A DNA stretch of 64,000 nt, taken from the NCBI RefSeq assembly GCF_018977255.1, contig NW_024704746.1:4464001-4528000 (forward strand), in the 5' to 3' direction. Position 1 is the first letter of the stretch; every line of letters starts with the position of its first letter. Source of the stretch: Callorhinchus milii. Lineage: Eukaryota. Below the pieces are notes generated by a model. That model was given only the letters and a program-made list of their open reading frames with translations, was not told the origin of the DNA and made no database searches. A program made the translations under genes and the position numbers. This document shows, one piece after another, positions 14,849-28,009 of this stretch.

Positions 14849-15319
14849 CTAAAACAGAGAGTTTAATGTGTAGAAACCTCTCAGTGTAGACTGTCTGCAT
14901 CTCGAATTAATCTGCAAAATTAAAACCCACTATTCTGCTCCAGGTCTCTATTGGCAACTAATATCAAAACATTCAGAACAGGCCAAGAGGCTCTTTAAAA
15001 GGAAGAATGTTATCCACTTTTCTTTGTAATAGACAGGACACAGACTTGTGCAGTAAGAAAGTTTNAAAAAGCCACCAAATAAATGTTTAAATCTTAAAAT
15101 GGGCAGAGGTGGCCAATCTAATGATCCCAACTATAGGTCAAAAGTAATGAAATTGAAAGGAAAGAAATGCAGTAAATGTATCCAAATGCATATGAAGGCA
15201 GACAGTTGGCAGATGAAGCTTAAATATAGAGAAATGTGAAGTACTTCACTGTGGTAGGATGTATAATACATCTATATTCCAGATAGTAAGATCCTAAAAG
15301 GAGTAGAGAGAGATCTGAA

Positions 15320-16080
15320 CGGAGGGAGCGGGCAGGTTGGTAGAGTCAGCAGGTCAGAGGGCAAGGCCATGGATGGCCTTGAAAGTGAGGACGAGGATCC
15401 TGAACTCGATCCTCTGGGGGATGGAGAGGCAGTGGAGTCGGGCGAGGATGGGAGTGATGGGATCATGGAGCCTGGATGATCTGCAGCATGTGAAGGAAAG
15501 AGTTGGGAAGGCCGATGAGGAGGTAGTTTCCATAATCGAGTGATGTGACGAATGCACGGATAAGGGTTTCGGCAGCCTGAGTTGGTGAGACAGTGGCGGA
15601 GTCTGGCAATGTTGCAGAGGTGTTGGTAGGCAGTGCATGACACGGATATAGGGGAGAAAGGACAGTTCAGGGTCAAACAAGACAGCCAGGTTCCTGACTG
15701 GCTTAGTGAGGTTGAGTGTGCAGCTGTGTATGCTGATGCTGCCAGTGCCCGAGCTGCGCAAGCCAATCAGGAGGGCCTCGGTCTTGCTGACGTTGAGTTG
15801 GAGAAAGTTATCCCTCATCCAGGACTTGATGTCGGACAGGTAGTCGGTCAGGATGCCAGTAGTCCTGGAGTTGAGGGTGGAGGCAGAGAGATGGAGTTGG
15901 GTGTCACCCGCATACATGTGGAAATTTACCCCATGTCTGCGGATGATGTCACCAAGGGGGAGCATGCAGAGGGTGAAGAGGAGGGGACCGAGGACAGAGC
16001 CCTGAGGAACATGGAAACCCGATTGTAGGGCTTCATGGAGGGAGTGGGAGGAGAGGAAAGAGCGAAGCTGGGAGGCAACG
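15320..16080 (-). mobile_element. L2 LINE, RT fragment
   Basis: [24 protein letters not shown]...[15 protein letters not shown] (decayed YADD motif). Confidence 0.85.
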
Positions 16081-16566
16081 GCTCTCTCATTATTATAGAC
16101 CTTGGATAGGAAAGGGAGGCTTGAGATGGGCTGGTAATACTCCTATTCCAGTCAGTAGCTTTACAAACATGATCTAGTTCACAGGAAACTAAAAGTTCTG
16201 CAGCAGGAATTCTTCTACAAATGTCAAAGATGAAGCATTCCATGAATTTCCCTGCCCATCTCACCCTGAAAAAGAACCTGTATTCAGATAGGCTGCAGTT
16301 GACAATAAATAAGTGTGCTCCTTAATTGAGGGCAACTTATTCTCAATAACTGTCAGATAAGAGTTTCAATGAACGGTTCCCAGATTTTATTGTGACTCTT
16401 CCACCTAAGAAAATGTAAAACAAAATGTAAGACAGATGGTGATGTCATATCAGTGTTGAAACTTGAATTTTCACTTGTTAAATGTTTGAGGAAGTTTCTA
16501 AATTTGAATCTTTTCACATTGAGTTACAGTCCTACATAATAAAGCCTTGAAATACCGTGCACATAC

Positions 16567-16689
16567 CTGAACAAGAGCCACACCCGCCATTAAAGTTAGG
16601 AGAGAGAACCATTGATAAACACTCAGGTTTTTTCCAAGCATTGTCACAGAAAACAAGGCTGTTGTGAGAATCTTTAACTGATAAGTAAC
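16567..16689 (-). CDS. SLC35A3: SLC35A3 coding exon 3
   Basis: [41 protein letters not shown], bounded by ag/gt. Confidence 0.95.
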
Positions 16690-17315
16690 CTATATAAAAA
16701 AAACACAGTGAACATTTCTCACTAATTTTTTTAGTGACTGTTTAAACAATGTAACATGACAAAAACAGAGGTGAACTTAGTTAGTAACAGTTGTTGTTAT
16801 AATAATAATGTTTGTATTTAATATTGCATGTTACCAAGTCGTTGAGATGTCTCAAAGCACTTCACAGGATATACTATAAAATGGATTGACTGTATTTTGT
16901 GGGCAAAACAAGACAGCCAATTGCACACAGCAGTGTCCCAAAATAGCCATGATATGAGTGACCAATTTTATTTGGGGGATTCCTGGCCAGGACACCAGGA
17001 GAAACTCCCTTTTGTTTTTGAATAGCATCATGGAATCTTTAACATCCACGCTGACAGGACCTCAGTTTTAACATCCCATCCGAAGGACGACACCTCCAAC
17101 AATGCAGCACTGCACTGGAGTATCACTTTAGGCGATGCGATTCTAGACATGGGACTTGAACCCACAACCTTCTGACTCAGAGGCAAGTGCTACTGCTGAG
17201 GCAGGATGAGTTAATTACAAAGGTTGATCATATTAAACGGAACTACACTGGTGGATTGTGCCAAATTTAGGCACTTAGGCATCTAAGCTGTTGAAAGCTT
17301 TCACTCAGAAAACCA

Positions 17316-17630
17316 GGAGTCCTGTAGCTCAGTAGTTAGAGCATTCACCTTGCAAGCGAGACACCTGGGTTCAATTCCAGGCAGAGGGCGAAACGTTGGG
17401 CCAGTTTCCTTACTCCACACACCTAATAATAATTCCTCCAAAACAAACCAATAATAAATTGGTCATTTTCAATCCACGACTATTTGTGGGGCACTGCTGT
17501 GCGCAATTGGCTGCCGCATTTCGCCCACAAATATACGGTCAATTCACTTTATAGTCTATTCTGCAAAGCGCTTTGAGACTTCGAGAAGACGTGAAAAGCG
17601 CTATATCAAATGCAACGATTATTACATTAT
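17316..17630 (+). mobile_element. tRNA-derived SINE, near full length
   Basis: GGAGTCCTGTAGCTCAGTAGTTAGAGC (A box), GGTTCAATTCC (B box), core GCTGTGCGCAATTGGCTGCCGC, tail GTGAAAAGCGCTATATCAAATGCAA(ATT)n. Confidence 0.88.
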
Positions 17631-18244
17631 TATACCAAAGCTGCCTGGGAGCCAGCCTTGGCAGTAGGATACCATGCAAGACAGCATTGGTAATAACCAG
17701 GGAAGCCCATGAACCACAGTGATAGCTGAACAACTTCATGGCATTGATCTACGCTGTATTATTCAAGCCATCCAATTGTACACTTCCATGAACTACACAA
17801 AACGTGGGACCGAAGATAGAATTGGGACATTAAAAACAATCCAGGGCATGAGTGAGGGAGGGGGGAAGAAAAAAAAGACATTGGACGAGAGATCACTCCA
17901 CCATGCACTGCACTGCAGCAATGCAATAATGAATACATTGGAGCAAAACATTGGAGAGGCACCCCAGCCTCATACTAAGCAAGATTTCCCACTGTGTCAG
18001 TCAGACCAGCAGCTGCAGTAGAATGATAGGAAACAGCAGACAGATCAAAGAGGTCATACGCTGCAGTAATGAACACAAGACACAATAGCCCACAGGCAGT
18101 GACGAGTCCATGCTACAGGGACACCTGCTTCTCACCCCTCAACTGATTGAAAAGGACCCCAAAATAGTGACAAGGGATCTAAAGAAAAGATTTGAAAAAT
18201 AACACTGAAAAAGGGCAATATTCTTCTTATTATTAATACTCTAC

Positions 18245-18399
18245 CTGATATGTTGCAGCATCTAAATTTGACAAAGCGACATAAAGGAGGTTATTTTGAA
18301 GAGTGTAAATTCCAGAAGGAATGGCAAGTTTTAATGTGTCCATTGGTTTGTTGAAGATTTCTTCTTGTAACACTCTATTTAGTGTTCGAAAACTATAAC
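18245..18399 (-). CDS. SLC35A3: SLC35A3 coding exon 2
   Basis: [51 protein letters not shown], bounded by ag/gt. Confidence 0.95.
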
Positions 18400-19404
18400 C
18401 TAAGACAAACAAAGAAAAGTAGCATCATCATACAAATGAACAATCTGTTTAAAAATGATCACCCTGCCAGTAATTGTCATATTCATAGGTTTGTTGTTTC
18501 AAAATCTCTCCACTACTCTTCTCACTGTCTCGATGAGCCAGAGCAAGCAGCAAGAGATATTAATACGAATCAAAGCCAAAGGTGAGGAGGTACTACTGAG
18601 AACTAAATAAACAAGATACCTTCAGTTTAGTGGATGTTCACTGCTAATTCCTCACTCCATCTGAACTATCATTGATGGCCGAGCTTTCAGGCACTACATC
18701 TCTACCCTTTGAAACTCTTCTGAAAACTTTTCAGCTTGCTTCTTCTCGCCCTCCATTAACTCACCAAAAATCATATCTTTTCAACTGTGCTTTTGGTCAA
18801 CATCCATAATTCTACCTTAAGCTCCTCCTATAAGTAACAATAATAATCTTTGCATTTAGTATAGTGCCTGAGTACATTGTCGAAAAGTCTCAAAGCCCTT
18901 TACAGGATTTTACTGTGAACATTGTAGTGACTATGTATTTGTAGGCAAACGCTTCAGCTAATTTGCATTCAACAGTGTCCCCCAAACAACCATTAAGTGA
19001 ATGACCAATTTTACTTAGGAAATTGTTGTTCAAGACTCCAGGAGAAATTCTCTTTTTTTTCAAATAATGCCATGGGATCTTTAACTCCAAGTTTAGCTCC
19101 ATATGCTATACATGCATGAAGAGCACCACATAAATGGAAAGTGTTGTTGTTGTAAATATCATTCTATGTGAAAAGCACCATTTAAGTGCAAGTTATTGCT
19201 GTTACGTTTCAGAGATTACAAACTTCAATTCCTCGTAACATTTTGCACATGTGAGACTATCAGGCTTTGACACAACATTCATACGAGATCAAATGCAAGG
19301 ATTATTATTATTATTATTATTATTATTAACGTTCCAGTGTTCCATCTGATTTATAAAAAATATCCCAAAAAGGTGTTGTAATTTTATGCACATATTGAAC
19401 ATAC

Positions 19405-19588
19405 CAGAATCTTTATAGACTAATAAAATGCATGTTGCAATCTTCATTATCTCAGCAATGACCACAGCAGTTGAGGCTAGATAACGGGGCCCTTCTTCCT
19501 TTAAGGTACGTGAATAACGCATAGTCAATACCAGAGTGGTGGTCTGAAACACCAGGACTCCCAATGAAAGATATTTCAAAGTCAACAT
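19405..19588 (-). CDS. SLC35A3: SLC35A3 UDP-GlcNAc transporter, coding exon 1 of 7
   Basis: [36 protein letters not shown]...; exon starts at 19603 after an AG acceptor, gt donor at 19404. The seven exons (184+155+123+172+119+134+91 = 978 nt) join in frame to 325 aa. Confidence 0.95.
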
Positions 19589-20854
19589 CTTGCCTCCAAT
19601 TTTCTGGAAAAAGATAAAACATGAGGCCCACTTAATATCACATTTACATTTAGGATTTTAGTTCAAATACAGCAGAATACAAGGTATCTACAATATAAAA
19701 TGTTATAGCAAAGAAACAAGCCGGTGAGGAGAGCAGAAGAGAGAACCAGAAAGGGTCACCAGGGAGAGGAGGGGGTAGGAAAAGAGTGTGAATTCCTGAA
19801 CTAGTGCAAAATTCTCTGCTTTTATTTTCAAGTAATGTGTTTGGGGATTTCACAAGGAATATTTCTGTACTTAACTAATTTGTTATGGTAAAAAATGTTA
19901 ATCTTAACATCTCTTCAAAAGTTACTGTATAATCCATAACAGCCATGTGGTGAGATGCGTGGTCACAAAAAGTGTAAAGGCCATCCTTTAACTCCATTAA
20001 AAAGTGTAGAAAGTGTAAAGGCTGTCAGCTGGGAGGACAGGAAATCATTAGATTCCATTCTTGGTCAATACTAGGTTTAGTACCAAAGGCAGGGAGCATG
20101 GGCTCACTGTTCAGGCTGGAACCATGACATGTTCCTGGATCATTTCCCATTGATAAATCACTCTGGAAAGGAGTGTAGATTGAAGACAGTGTCTGTAACT
20201 ATAATATACTGTAGAGGGCTGCTGTCAGGGTTACCAAAACCAAAGAGGATAGATAACGGGGCCCTTCTTCCTTTAAGGTACGTGAATAGAGCATAGTCAA
20301 GCATCACCTCCTTTCACTAGAAACCCCCAAATCAAGTCTCAACATGATATATAACATGTACAGGTCTTGCACATGGCACTCATACAGTGTGTAAACCCTG
20401 AAAACAGGAATAATTTCTGGTGATTATTTAACAAGGATGCAACTTGGAGTTTAACATTGCATTATAAAAGTCATACCATGAAAAGCCAATTTTTTTTCAA
20501 ATTATAAACTGTGCTTTAAGGTGTTCCTTGGCTGAGTGGAGACAGGTGATCTGCCAAGGCTACCGATATGAACAGGTGCACAAGAAAATCCCAAGTTGGC
20601 TTAACTAACATCTCAGGACGAATTGTTAAGTTTCCCTCTCTGCAAAATAGCTTGTATGTAACAGTCGGGTTCAGTTCAGAACACTTTTGCCTCTATTTTA
20701 GACCCCACAGCGGGGCTTTAGCTCATACACTAATCTAACACTTCAGTCCAGTGTTGAGGTGTACAGCATTGTCAGAGAAACGGCACTTCAGATGAGATGT
20801 TAATTTGAGATCCCCTTTGCCGTTCTTCTGATGGATTTTAAAAGATCTACAACA

Positions 20855-21955
20855 AGAATTACTTGAATTTATACAGTGCCCTCCTTGCTGGATGGCGTTT
20901 CCGAGTGCTTAACAGTGGCGAAGCCCGATGTTGAGCCAGGTGGAGGGGAAAGGTCAAATAGGCACGGTCAAAGAGAAAGATTTTCAAAGGTGACCTGAAA
21001 AGAGGACGAGAGAGGGCAAGGCAAAATGACTGAGGGAGAGAGTTCCACAGCTTTAGGGCATAGTGGCCAAAAGCCACCGATGGTGGGGTGGACGGTCCGG
21101 GGGACAAGGAGGAGGCTGGAGTCAGTCGAGCGGAGGTAGCGGGTAGTAGGGTAGGGAGAGAGCAGGTTGGAGAGGGAGGGGGGTGCCAGGGCATGAAGGG
21201 ATTTAAGTACAAGAGTGAGGATCTTGAAATCGATCCACACTGTGATAAGGAGCTAATGGAGTCTGACAAGGACTGGGATAATGGAGGTAAGGAGTTCAAT
21301 ACGGGTGAGAATGTGAACAACGGGGTTTTGAATTAGTTGAATTTCAGGAATAGTGGAACAGGGGAGAACAGTGGTGAGGGAGTTTGAGTAGTCGAGGTGA
21401 CAAAGGCGTGGACGAGGGTTTCAGCAGCTTTTGCACTGAGATATGGACAGAGTCAGGCAATGTGGCGGAGGTGGAGGAAAGTGGAACTTGCCAGAGACTG
21501 GATGTGGGTTACGAAGGATAGCTGAGGATCGAACCTGATGCTTAAGTTGCGCACGGGTTCGGTGAGTCTTGTGGAGAGATCGGGGAGGATGAGGCGGTCT
21601 GAACCATAGGAGAGAAGTCATTGATGGGAGCCAGAGTCCTGTACTCATTGAGGCCTTGATGTATGTCAGACAAGCTGACAGAACATCAGTAGACTGGGAG
21701 TCACAGCTGGAGGAAGAGAAGTAGATTTGGGTGTCATCTGCATACATGTGGAAGTTGACCCCATGTCTGCGGATGACATCGCTGAGAGGGAGCATGTAGA
21801 TGAGGAAAAGAAGGGGGCCTTGGGGTACCCTGCAGGTGACCATGCGGTAGCGAGAGGAAAAAATCATTGGCCGAGATGAAGTGCTGGCGGTTGGTTAAGT
21901 CGGACTCGAACCATGTGAACAATGGGAGGCACAGGTAGAAATAGCAGAGGTTACA
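20855..21955 (-). mobile_element. L2 LINE, RT and 3' fragment
   Basis: [37 protein letters not shown]. Confidence 0.85.
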
Positions 21956-21957
21956 AT

Positions 21958-23394
21958 TTTTCAATCTTCGTTGGACACAGGAGTGGTATCAGAGGACTGG
22001 ATGTGACTCCTCTGTACAAAAAGGGACAGAAGGACAAACCTGGGAACTCCAGGCCAGTCAACCTAACATCGGTAGTGGGGAAACTCCTGGAGACTATAAT
22101 CCGGGACAGAATAAATCTTCACTTAGAAGAATATGGGTTAATTAGGGACAGACAGCATGGATTTGTTAAAGGCAAATCTTGTCTAACAAATCTAATAGAA
22201 TTTTTCAATGAGGTAACGGAGAGGGTGGATAAAGGTAGTGCAGTTGATGTAGTTTATATGGACTTTCAAAAGGTATTTGACAAAGTGCCACATGAAAGAC
22301 TTGTAAGAAAGATAGAAGCCCATGGTATAAAAGGGACAGTGGCAGTATGGATCCAGAACTGTCTGGGAGACAGAAAGCAGAGAACGGCTGCTTTTCTGAC
22401 TGGAGGGAAGTGTACAGTGGTGTCCCCCAGGGATCGGTATTAGGACCACTGCTCTTCTTAATATACATTAATGATCTGGACTTGGGTATAGCAAGTACCA
22501 TTTCCAAGTTTGCGGACTACACAAAGTTAGGTAGGGTAGTAAACAGTGAGTAGTAGCCGACTGCAGGAAGAATGGTAAAATGGGCGACACATGGCAGATG
22601 AGTTTCAATGTGGAGAAATGCGAGGTAATGCATTTTGGTAGAAAGAATGAGGGGAGGCAATATAGGCTGGTAATACAATCTTAAGGGGGGTAAAAGATCA
22701 GAGAGACCTGGGGGTTCAGGTAAATGAATCCTTGAAGGTGGCAGGACAGGTAGATAAAGCTGTAAAAAGGGCATATGGGATACTAGGCTTTATAAATAGG
22801 GGCATAGAGTACAAGAGTCAGGAGGTTATGATTAACCCATATAAACACTGGTTAGGCCTCAGTTAGAATACTGCGCTCAGTTCTGGGCACCGCACTATAA
22901 GAAGGATGTTAAGGCATTGGAAAGGGTGCAGAGGAGATTTATGAGGATGGTATCAGGAATGAGGGACCTTGATTATGAGGAAAGGCCAGAGAGGCCGGGA
23001 TTATTCTCATTGGAGCAGAGAAGGTACGAGGAGACCTAATAGAGGTCTTCAAAATCATGAGGGGATTTGATAGGTTAGAAACTGTTTCCACTGGTGGGTG
23101 TGTCGGTGACTCGAGGTCACAAATTCAAAATAGTATCTAAAAGAAGTCGAGGTGAGAAGAAATTTTTTCACGGAGTGAGTTGTTGGAATCTGGAACGCAT
23201 TGCCTGAAAGGGCGGTCGAGGCCAATTCGATAACTACTTTTAAAAACATGGTGGACGGGTATTTGGGGAGGACGGGTTTGCAGGGTTATGGGGAAGGGGC
23301 TGGGGAGTGGGACTGACATTAATTGCTCTATTCAAAGAGCCGGCACAAACTCGATGGGCTGAATGGCCTCTTTTTGTGCTGTACGATTCTATGA
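21958..23394 (+). mobile_element. CR1 LINE, 5'-truncated
   Basis: [76 protein letters not shown], frameshifted, with a CR1-type 3' end. Confidence 0.92.
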
Positions 23395-24726
23395 CAGGCT
23401 TGTAATACCAGGCTCACCCCCTCTGAGATCCAATCCATCCTCAAATAGTTTCCAGTTTATATAAGCTCCAAAGTATTGTCTCCAAGTGGAAGGCTTTGCC
23501 CAGATCTGGTATATTTATAATGTAATTTAATTCCTCTGAATTACAAAGCAACACAAAATTATAAGGAAACATGCTACTCTCCCAACAGGCTACCAAACAA
23601 TGAACTCAAGTTCTCTAACATCCATTTCTAATTTTTCCAGAAAAACTTAAGGTCTGTTGCAAAAATACCATTGATCAACGCCGGTCATGCAGTAAACAAG
23701 AAACGCACAAAAACAGATATTCTAAATCAACCGTATTCAGAGATTTGACCTTTATGAAAATTGACCACATAATTGGCTAAATCAATGGTAAATAGGATTT
23801 TGGATCGTCACCAAATAATGACTAGTGGTCCAAGGTGCAGGAGGATGCCTGCCAGAGAGTGGTTCAATGACAAGCTACGTGGTTGGGTGTGAGATAGGAG
23901 TGCAGGTAAATGATAATAATTCTTACTTTTTTTTCTTATAGCGCTTTGATGTTGTGACAAAGATCCAGAAAAGCATTTGGAAGATCATAAGAGACTTCTC
24001 TGCAATTGCCTATCGTGTGCTTCAGCCAGGAATATACAGCTGACGTTATATTATAACAATGCAGAGCTGCTTCAAATATAAGCCTTTTGTCCCTGGTGAT
24101 GTAGATTTGCCCATTTACACTACAGAGCCCAATATACGTTACAAATTTACATTTATATATCGCCTTTCGTATTGGGAGTACATCCCAAGGTGCTGGACAG
24201 TAAGGTTTGCACCCAAGCTAGGGGACAAGGGGAGTGGGGAGGGAAAAGCATAGTCAGAAGGGAAGTCTTGAGATTAACCTTGAAGGAGGCAAGGGAAGGT
24301 GACAATTGGAGTACCAGAAAGTGGGGGCAAATACATTGAAAGCCCAACCGTTGATTGGTGGGGGACATGAAGCAGACAGGTGCCCACTTAGTGAAGGGAA
24401 TGACCAGGTTGGTAGGGTTTGTGGTAACAACGGTAACAATTTATCTTGGATATTACATGTTTTCAAAATTTTTAGCTTAGTTTTGCAACAATTAGATCCA
24501 GAAATTAAACGGTTAAAAGCACAGAAATCAGTAGCAGTGGCACACAAAGGCAGACCATCACCAACAATCTGCAAAAACAAATCAGCAATAATATATACGT
24601 GTGTGTGAGTCTCAGAATATTAATAAGATTCCCGAATTCAAGGGGGGGAATGTTGGAATCAAAAATATGATATTTTAGTTCAGTTAGAAATGCTTTAGCA
24701 ATTATTAGTCTTTATTGGAATGATTT

Positions 24727-25072
24727 CATAGAATCGTACAGCACAAAAAAAGGCCATTCGGCCCATCGCCGGCTCTTTGAATAGAGCAATTAATGTCAAT
24801 CCCACTCCCCAGCCTTTTCCCCATAACCCTGCAAACCCATCCTCTTCAAATACCCGTCCACCATGTTTTTAAAAGTAGTTATCGAATCGGCCTCAAACAC
24901 CCTTTCAGGTAATGCGTTCCAGATTCGAACAACTCACTCCGTGAAAAAATTTCTTCTCACCTCCCCTCGGCTTCTTTTAGAGACTATTTTGAATCTGTGA
25001 CCTCGAGTCACCGACACACTCACCAGTGGAAACAGTTTTTCCCTTTCTATGCTATCAAATCCCCTCATGATT
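24727..25072 (-). mobile_element. CR1 3' fragment
   Basis: Close reverse-complement match to 23055-23394. Confidence 0.85.
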
Positions 25073-26794
25073 TGTAGACATTGTAAGCCTAAACAGAATC
25101 AGCTAAATTGTAGAGTTGATGTCTGAGGATGACGTGTGTTTTGGGGACTTTGGTGTAACTTTAGATAAAATGTTATGCGAAAATAATAGCATGTATGCCT
25201 TGATGAGATCAAATGGTTCAGAAGTAAGCAATGTGTTTATTACGGTGGTTGGTTGTTGATGTAACGCTCCTGCAATATCTTAATTCAAATCCATTCACGG
25301 GTACTGTACTCGTGGACAATCTCGGCTTATTCAAACCAGCCTGAAAACAGCTATCAGGTGGGTGAGGACGTGCAGATTTGCTCGGACCATCCCGATGTTT
25401 AAAAAAAGGACAATGATAACAGAGGTGTAGCTAAGCTATGTTCAGTCTGAGTTGGTTACCTGAGTGTTCTGTTCCGAGTCAGTGAGAGAAACTACGTTTT
25501 CTGTTCCTCCAGGAAGACAGAACTTCCACCTGAGGTTTTGAGACTCAAGACACTCGACCTCGGTTCTGGCAAATTCAAGCAAAATTGGGGAAAAAGCAAA
25601 AGAACAGAAGAACTGCAATGATATGCGCATACAGCTGCAATATCTGGGCCTTTGTTTTAACACTCGCTTTGTCAGCTCAACAGAGCGTTAATGCTACTAT
25701 TGAACCTCCCAGGTTCAACACGCTCATTAATTCCACTGCTGACTGTACTGGCTGTACCTTCGAATGAAGCCAAGCATGAGCTAATAATAATAATAATACT
25801 TGCATTTGATATAGCTCCTTTTCATGTCTTCGAGACGTGTCAAAGCGCTTCACAGAATATCGTGGATTGAGTGACCAAATTATTTTTATTTATTTTGAAA
25901 TTAGTACCCCCGGAAAGGTAATCCACCAATCGACTAACGTCCGGGTTCTTACTTAATGCTAGGTAAACTGAGGCATACGGAGTAAAGAAACTTGCCCAAC
26001 CTTTCGCCTTGAGCTGTTTGCCTAATAATTATGAACTTTGATATTGACTTTAATATTGTTATTACAAATAATATAGCTACACCTGAGCATACCAGCAAAT
26101 ATTGTTTGTTGTATGATAACCATGTTGTTGAACTAATGCAACTCTTCCGCCTTATCAAGTAAACAAGCTTTAAAATATATAATAATAATAAAATATGAAA
26201 TACAAGTGACTTTGGCTCCTCTGTTCACTGAGTTTCTAATATAAAATTTTGGCTAACAGAATAAGATTATAACAGTGGTTAACTTCACTACTAACCGCAC
26301 CTTCAAACCCAATAAAACCTTACATTCAAATACCGCCACCACCTTGCCCCACAGCATCTCTGACCTCTTGCACACCAACCACCACAGCAACTGGCAATTC
26401 CAGTTTCATTCCAGACGCCACTCCGCCTGAATGAACTGTGCAAATGCAAGTTGTTGTTGTTATGCACCTCTGTAATCTAACAATGCAGTCAGTTAAGTGA
26501 TTGTAGAACCAATACAAAATGACACTTACTCAGAGCCTGTCATGTCGGGAGGGCGTCCCAAGGCGCTGCACAGTCAGGGATTTGGACAGTTTACACCACA
26601 AACAAGAAATACAACATAACAACAGCCGCAGGTGGGGCTGGAGCTGCCTGTGCCCCCTCCCCGCCTGTACAGCAATGAGCCGCCCTTTGTCCACAAACTT
26701 TACTCAGAAATTAACAGGAGCCGGACTCCAGATCCGGCTGTGATGACGCTTTACAGCACCTGCTGGAACTGCTCCCTCTCCAGAGGGCTGTACC

Positions 26795-26945
26795 CCGGGG
26801 GCTCAGGCTCTCCCCCCCCGGGGGCTCAGGCTCTCCCCCCCCCCCCCCCGGGGCCCAGGCTCTCCACCCCCCCCGGGGGCTCAGGCTCTCACCCCCCCCG
26901 GGGGCTCAGGCTCTCCCCCCCCCCCGGGGCCCAGGCTCTCCCCTC
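26795..26945. repeat. GC-rich minisatellite GGGGC(T/C)CAGGCTCTC(C)n
   Basis: About six visible tandem units with variable C-runs. Confidence 0.85.
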
Positions 26946-27184
26946 TCTCTCGCCCCCCGTTTCTGCGCTATATACACGCCAGGCAGCGCCAGGCTCGGCC
27001 CCGGGTTAGAACAGCAGCCCGAGGCCTCTCCCTCCTCGTCTGCTCCTTATCTCAGTGTCTCTCTCGCTCGCGGGGTCTGTGTGTGGACAGTGTCTCAGGG
27101 TCTCTGTGCAGTGAGTGTGGACGCAGTGAGAGTCTCTCTCTCTCTCTCAGTCGCGCGCTCTGCGTCCGTGTGAGTACATTGTCC

Positions 27185-27610
27185 CTCAGGGTCTCTGCCT
27201 GTACAGTGTGTGTGTGTACAGTGTGTTACACCCGCTCAGGGTCTCTGCCTGTAGTGTGTGTGTGTGTACAGTGTGTTACACCCGCTCAAGGTCTCTGCCT
27301 GTAGTGTGTGTGTGTGTGTGTGTACAGTGTGTTACACCCGCTCAGGGTCTCTGCCTGTAGTGTGTGTGTGTACAGTGTGTTACACCCGCTCAAGGTCTCT
27401 GCCTGTAGTGTGTGTGTGTGTGTACAGTGTGTTACACCCGCTCAGGGTCTCTGCCTGTAGTGTGTGTGTGTACAGTGTGTTACACCCGCTCAGTGTGTGT
27501 GTGTACAGTGTGTTACACCCGCTCAGGGTCTCTGCCTGTAGTGTGTGTGTGTGTGTACAGTGTGTTACACCCGCTCAGGGTCTCTGCCTGTAGTGTGTGT
27601 GTCAGGGTCT
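27185..27610. repeat. ~52-58-bp minisatellite with a variable (TG)n core
   Basis: Repeated CTCAGGGTCTCTGCCTGTAG(TG)nTACAGTGTGTTACACCCG units. Confidence 0.9.
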
Positions 27611-27613
27611 CAC

Positions 27614-27850
27614 CTGCTGCCTGTGAGCCGCGCGGGTCCTGGAGCCGGGCTGTGGTGACGAATGAGCTCAAGATCTCGCGAGATCCTCAAACTACAGGGC
27701 GTGGGGCGGGGCCTCGGGTGAAGGGCGGGGCCTCGGGTGAAGGGCGGGGCCTCGGGTGAAGGGCGGGGCCTCGGGTGAAGGGCGGGGCCTCGGGTGAAGG
27801 GCGGGGCCTCGGCTGAAGGGCGGGGCCTCGGGTGAAGGGCGGCTAAATTG
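27614..27850 (-). promoter_or_regulatory. SLC35A3: Probable non-coding exon 1 and promoter of SLC35A3
   Basis: CAG|gtgag donor at 27614/27613. Palindrome GATCTCGCGAGATC at 27672-27685 contains the TCTCGCGAGA housekeeping-promoter motif. ACTACA at ~27691 and tandem GC boxes follow. Confidence 0.7.
27704..27842. repeat. 19-bp GC-box minisatellite (GGGCGGGGCCTCGGGTGAA) x7 plus a partial copy
   Basis: Directly visible tandem units. Confidence 0.95.
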
Positions 27851-28009
27851 GCTTTATCGGATTCCGTGTCCGAGGTGCACGGACCTCGACACTAAACCAA
27901 AGTTTTCTTCCATCGATAACTTGGGGAATAAAAGCAATCGTTTCCGCAGTAACTGCGAGGCTCTGCGGAGGGCAGCTCAGGGGGCCAGGCTCAGCAGCAG
28001 GAGTCGGAG

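Noticed and set aside
17316-17390. tRNA-like sequences (also ~9745-9820, ~47880-47953, ~54285-54350, ~59821-59895)
   Set aside because: Each continues into SINE body sequence and lacks a clean acceptor stem; these are SINE heads, not tRNA genes.
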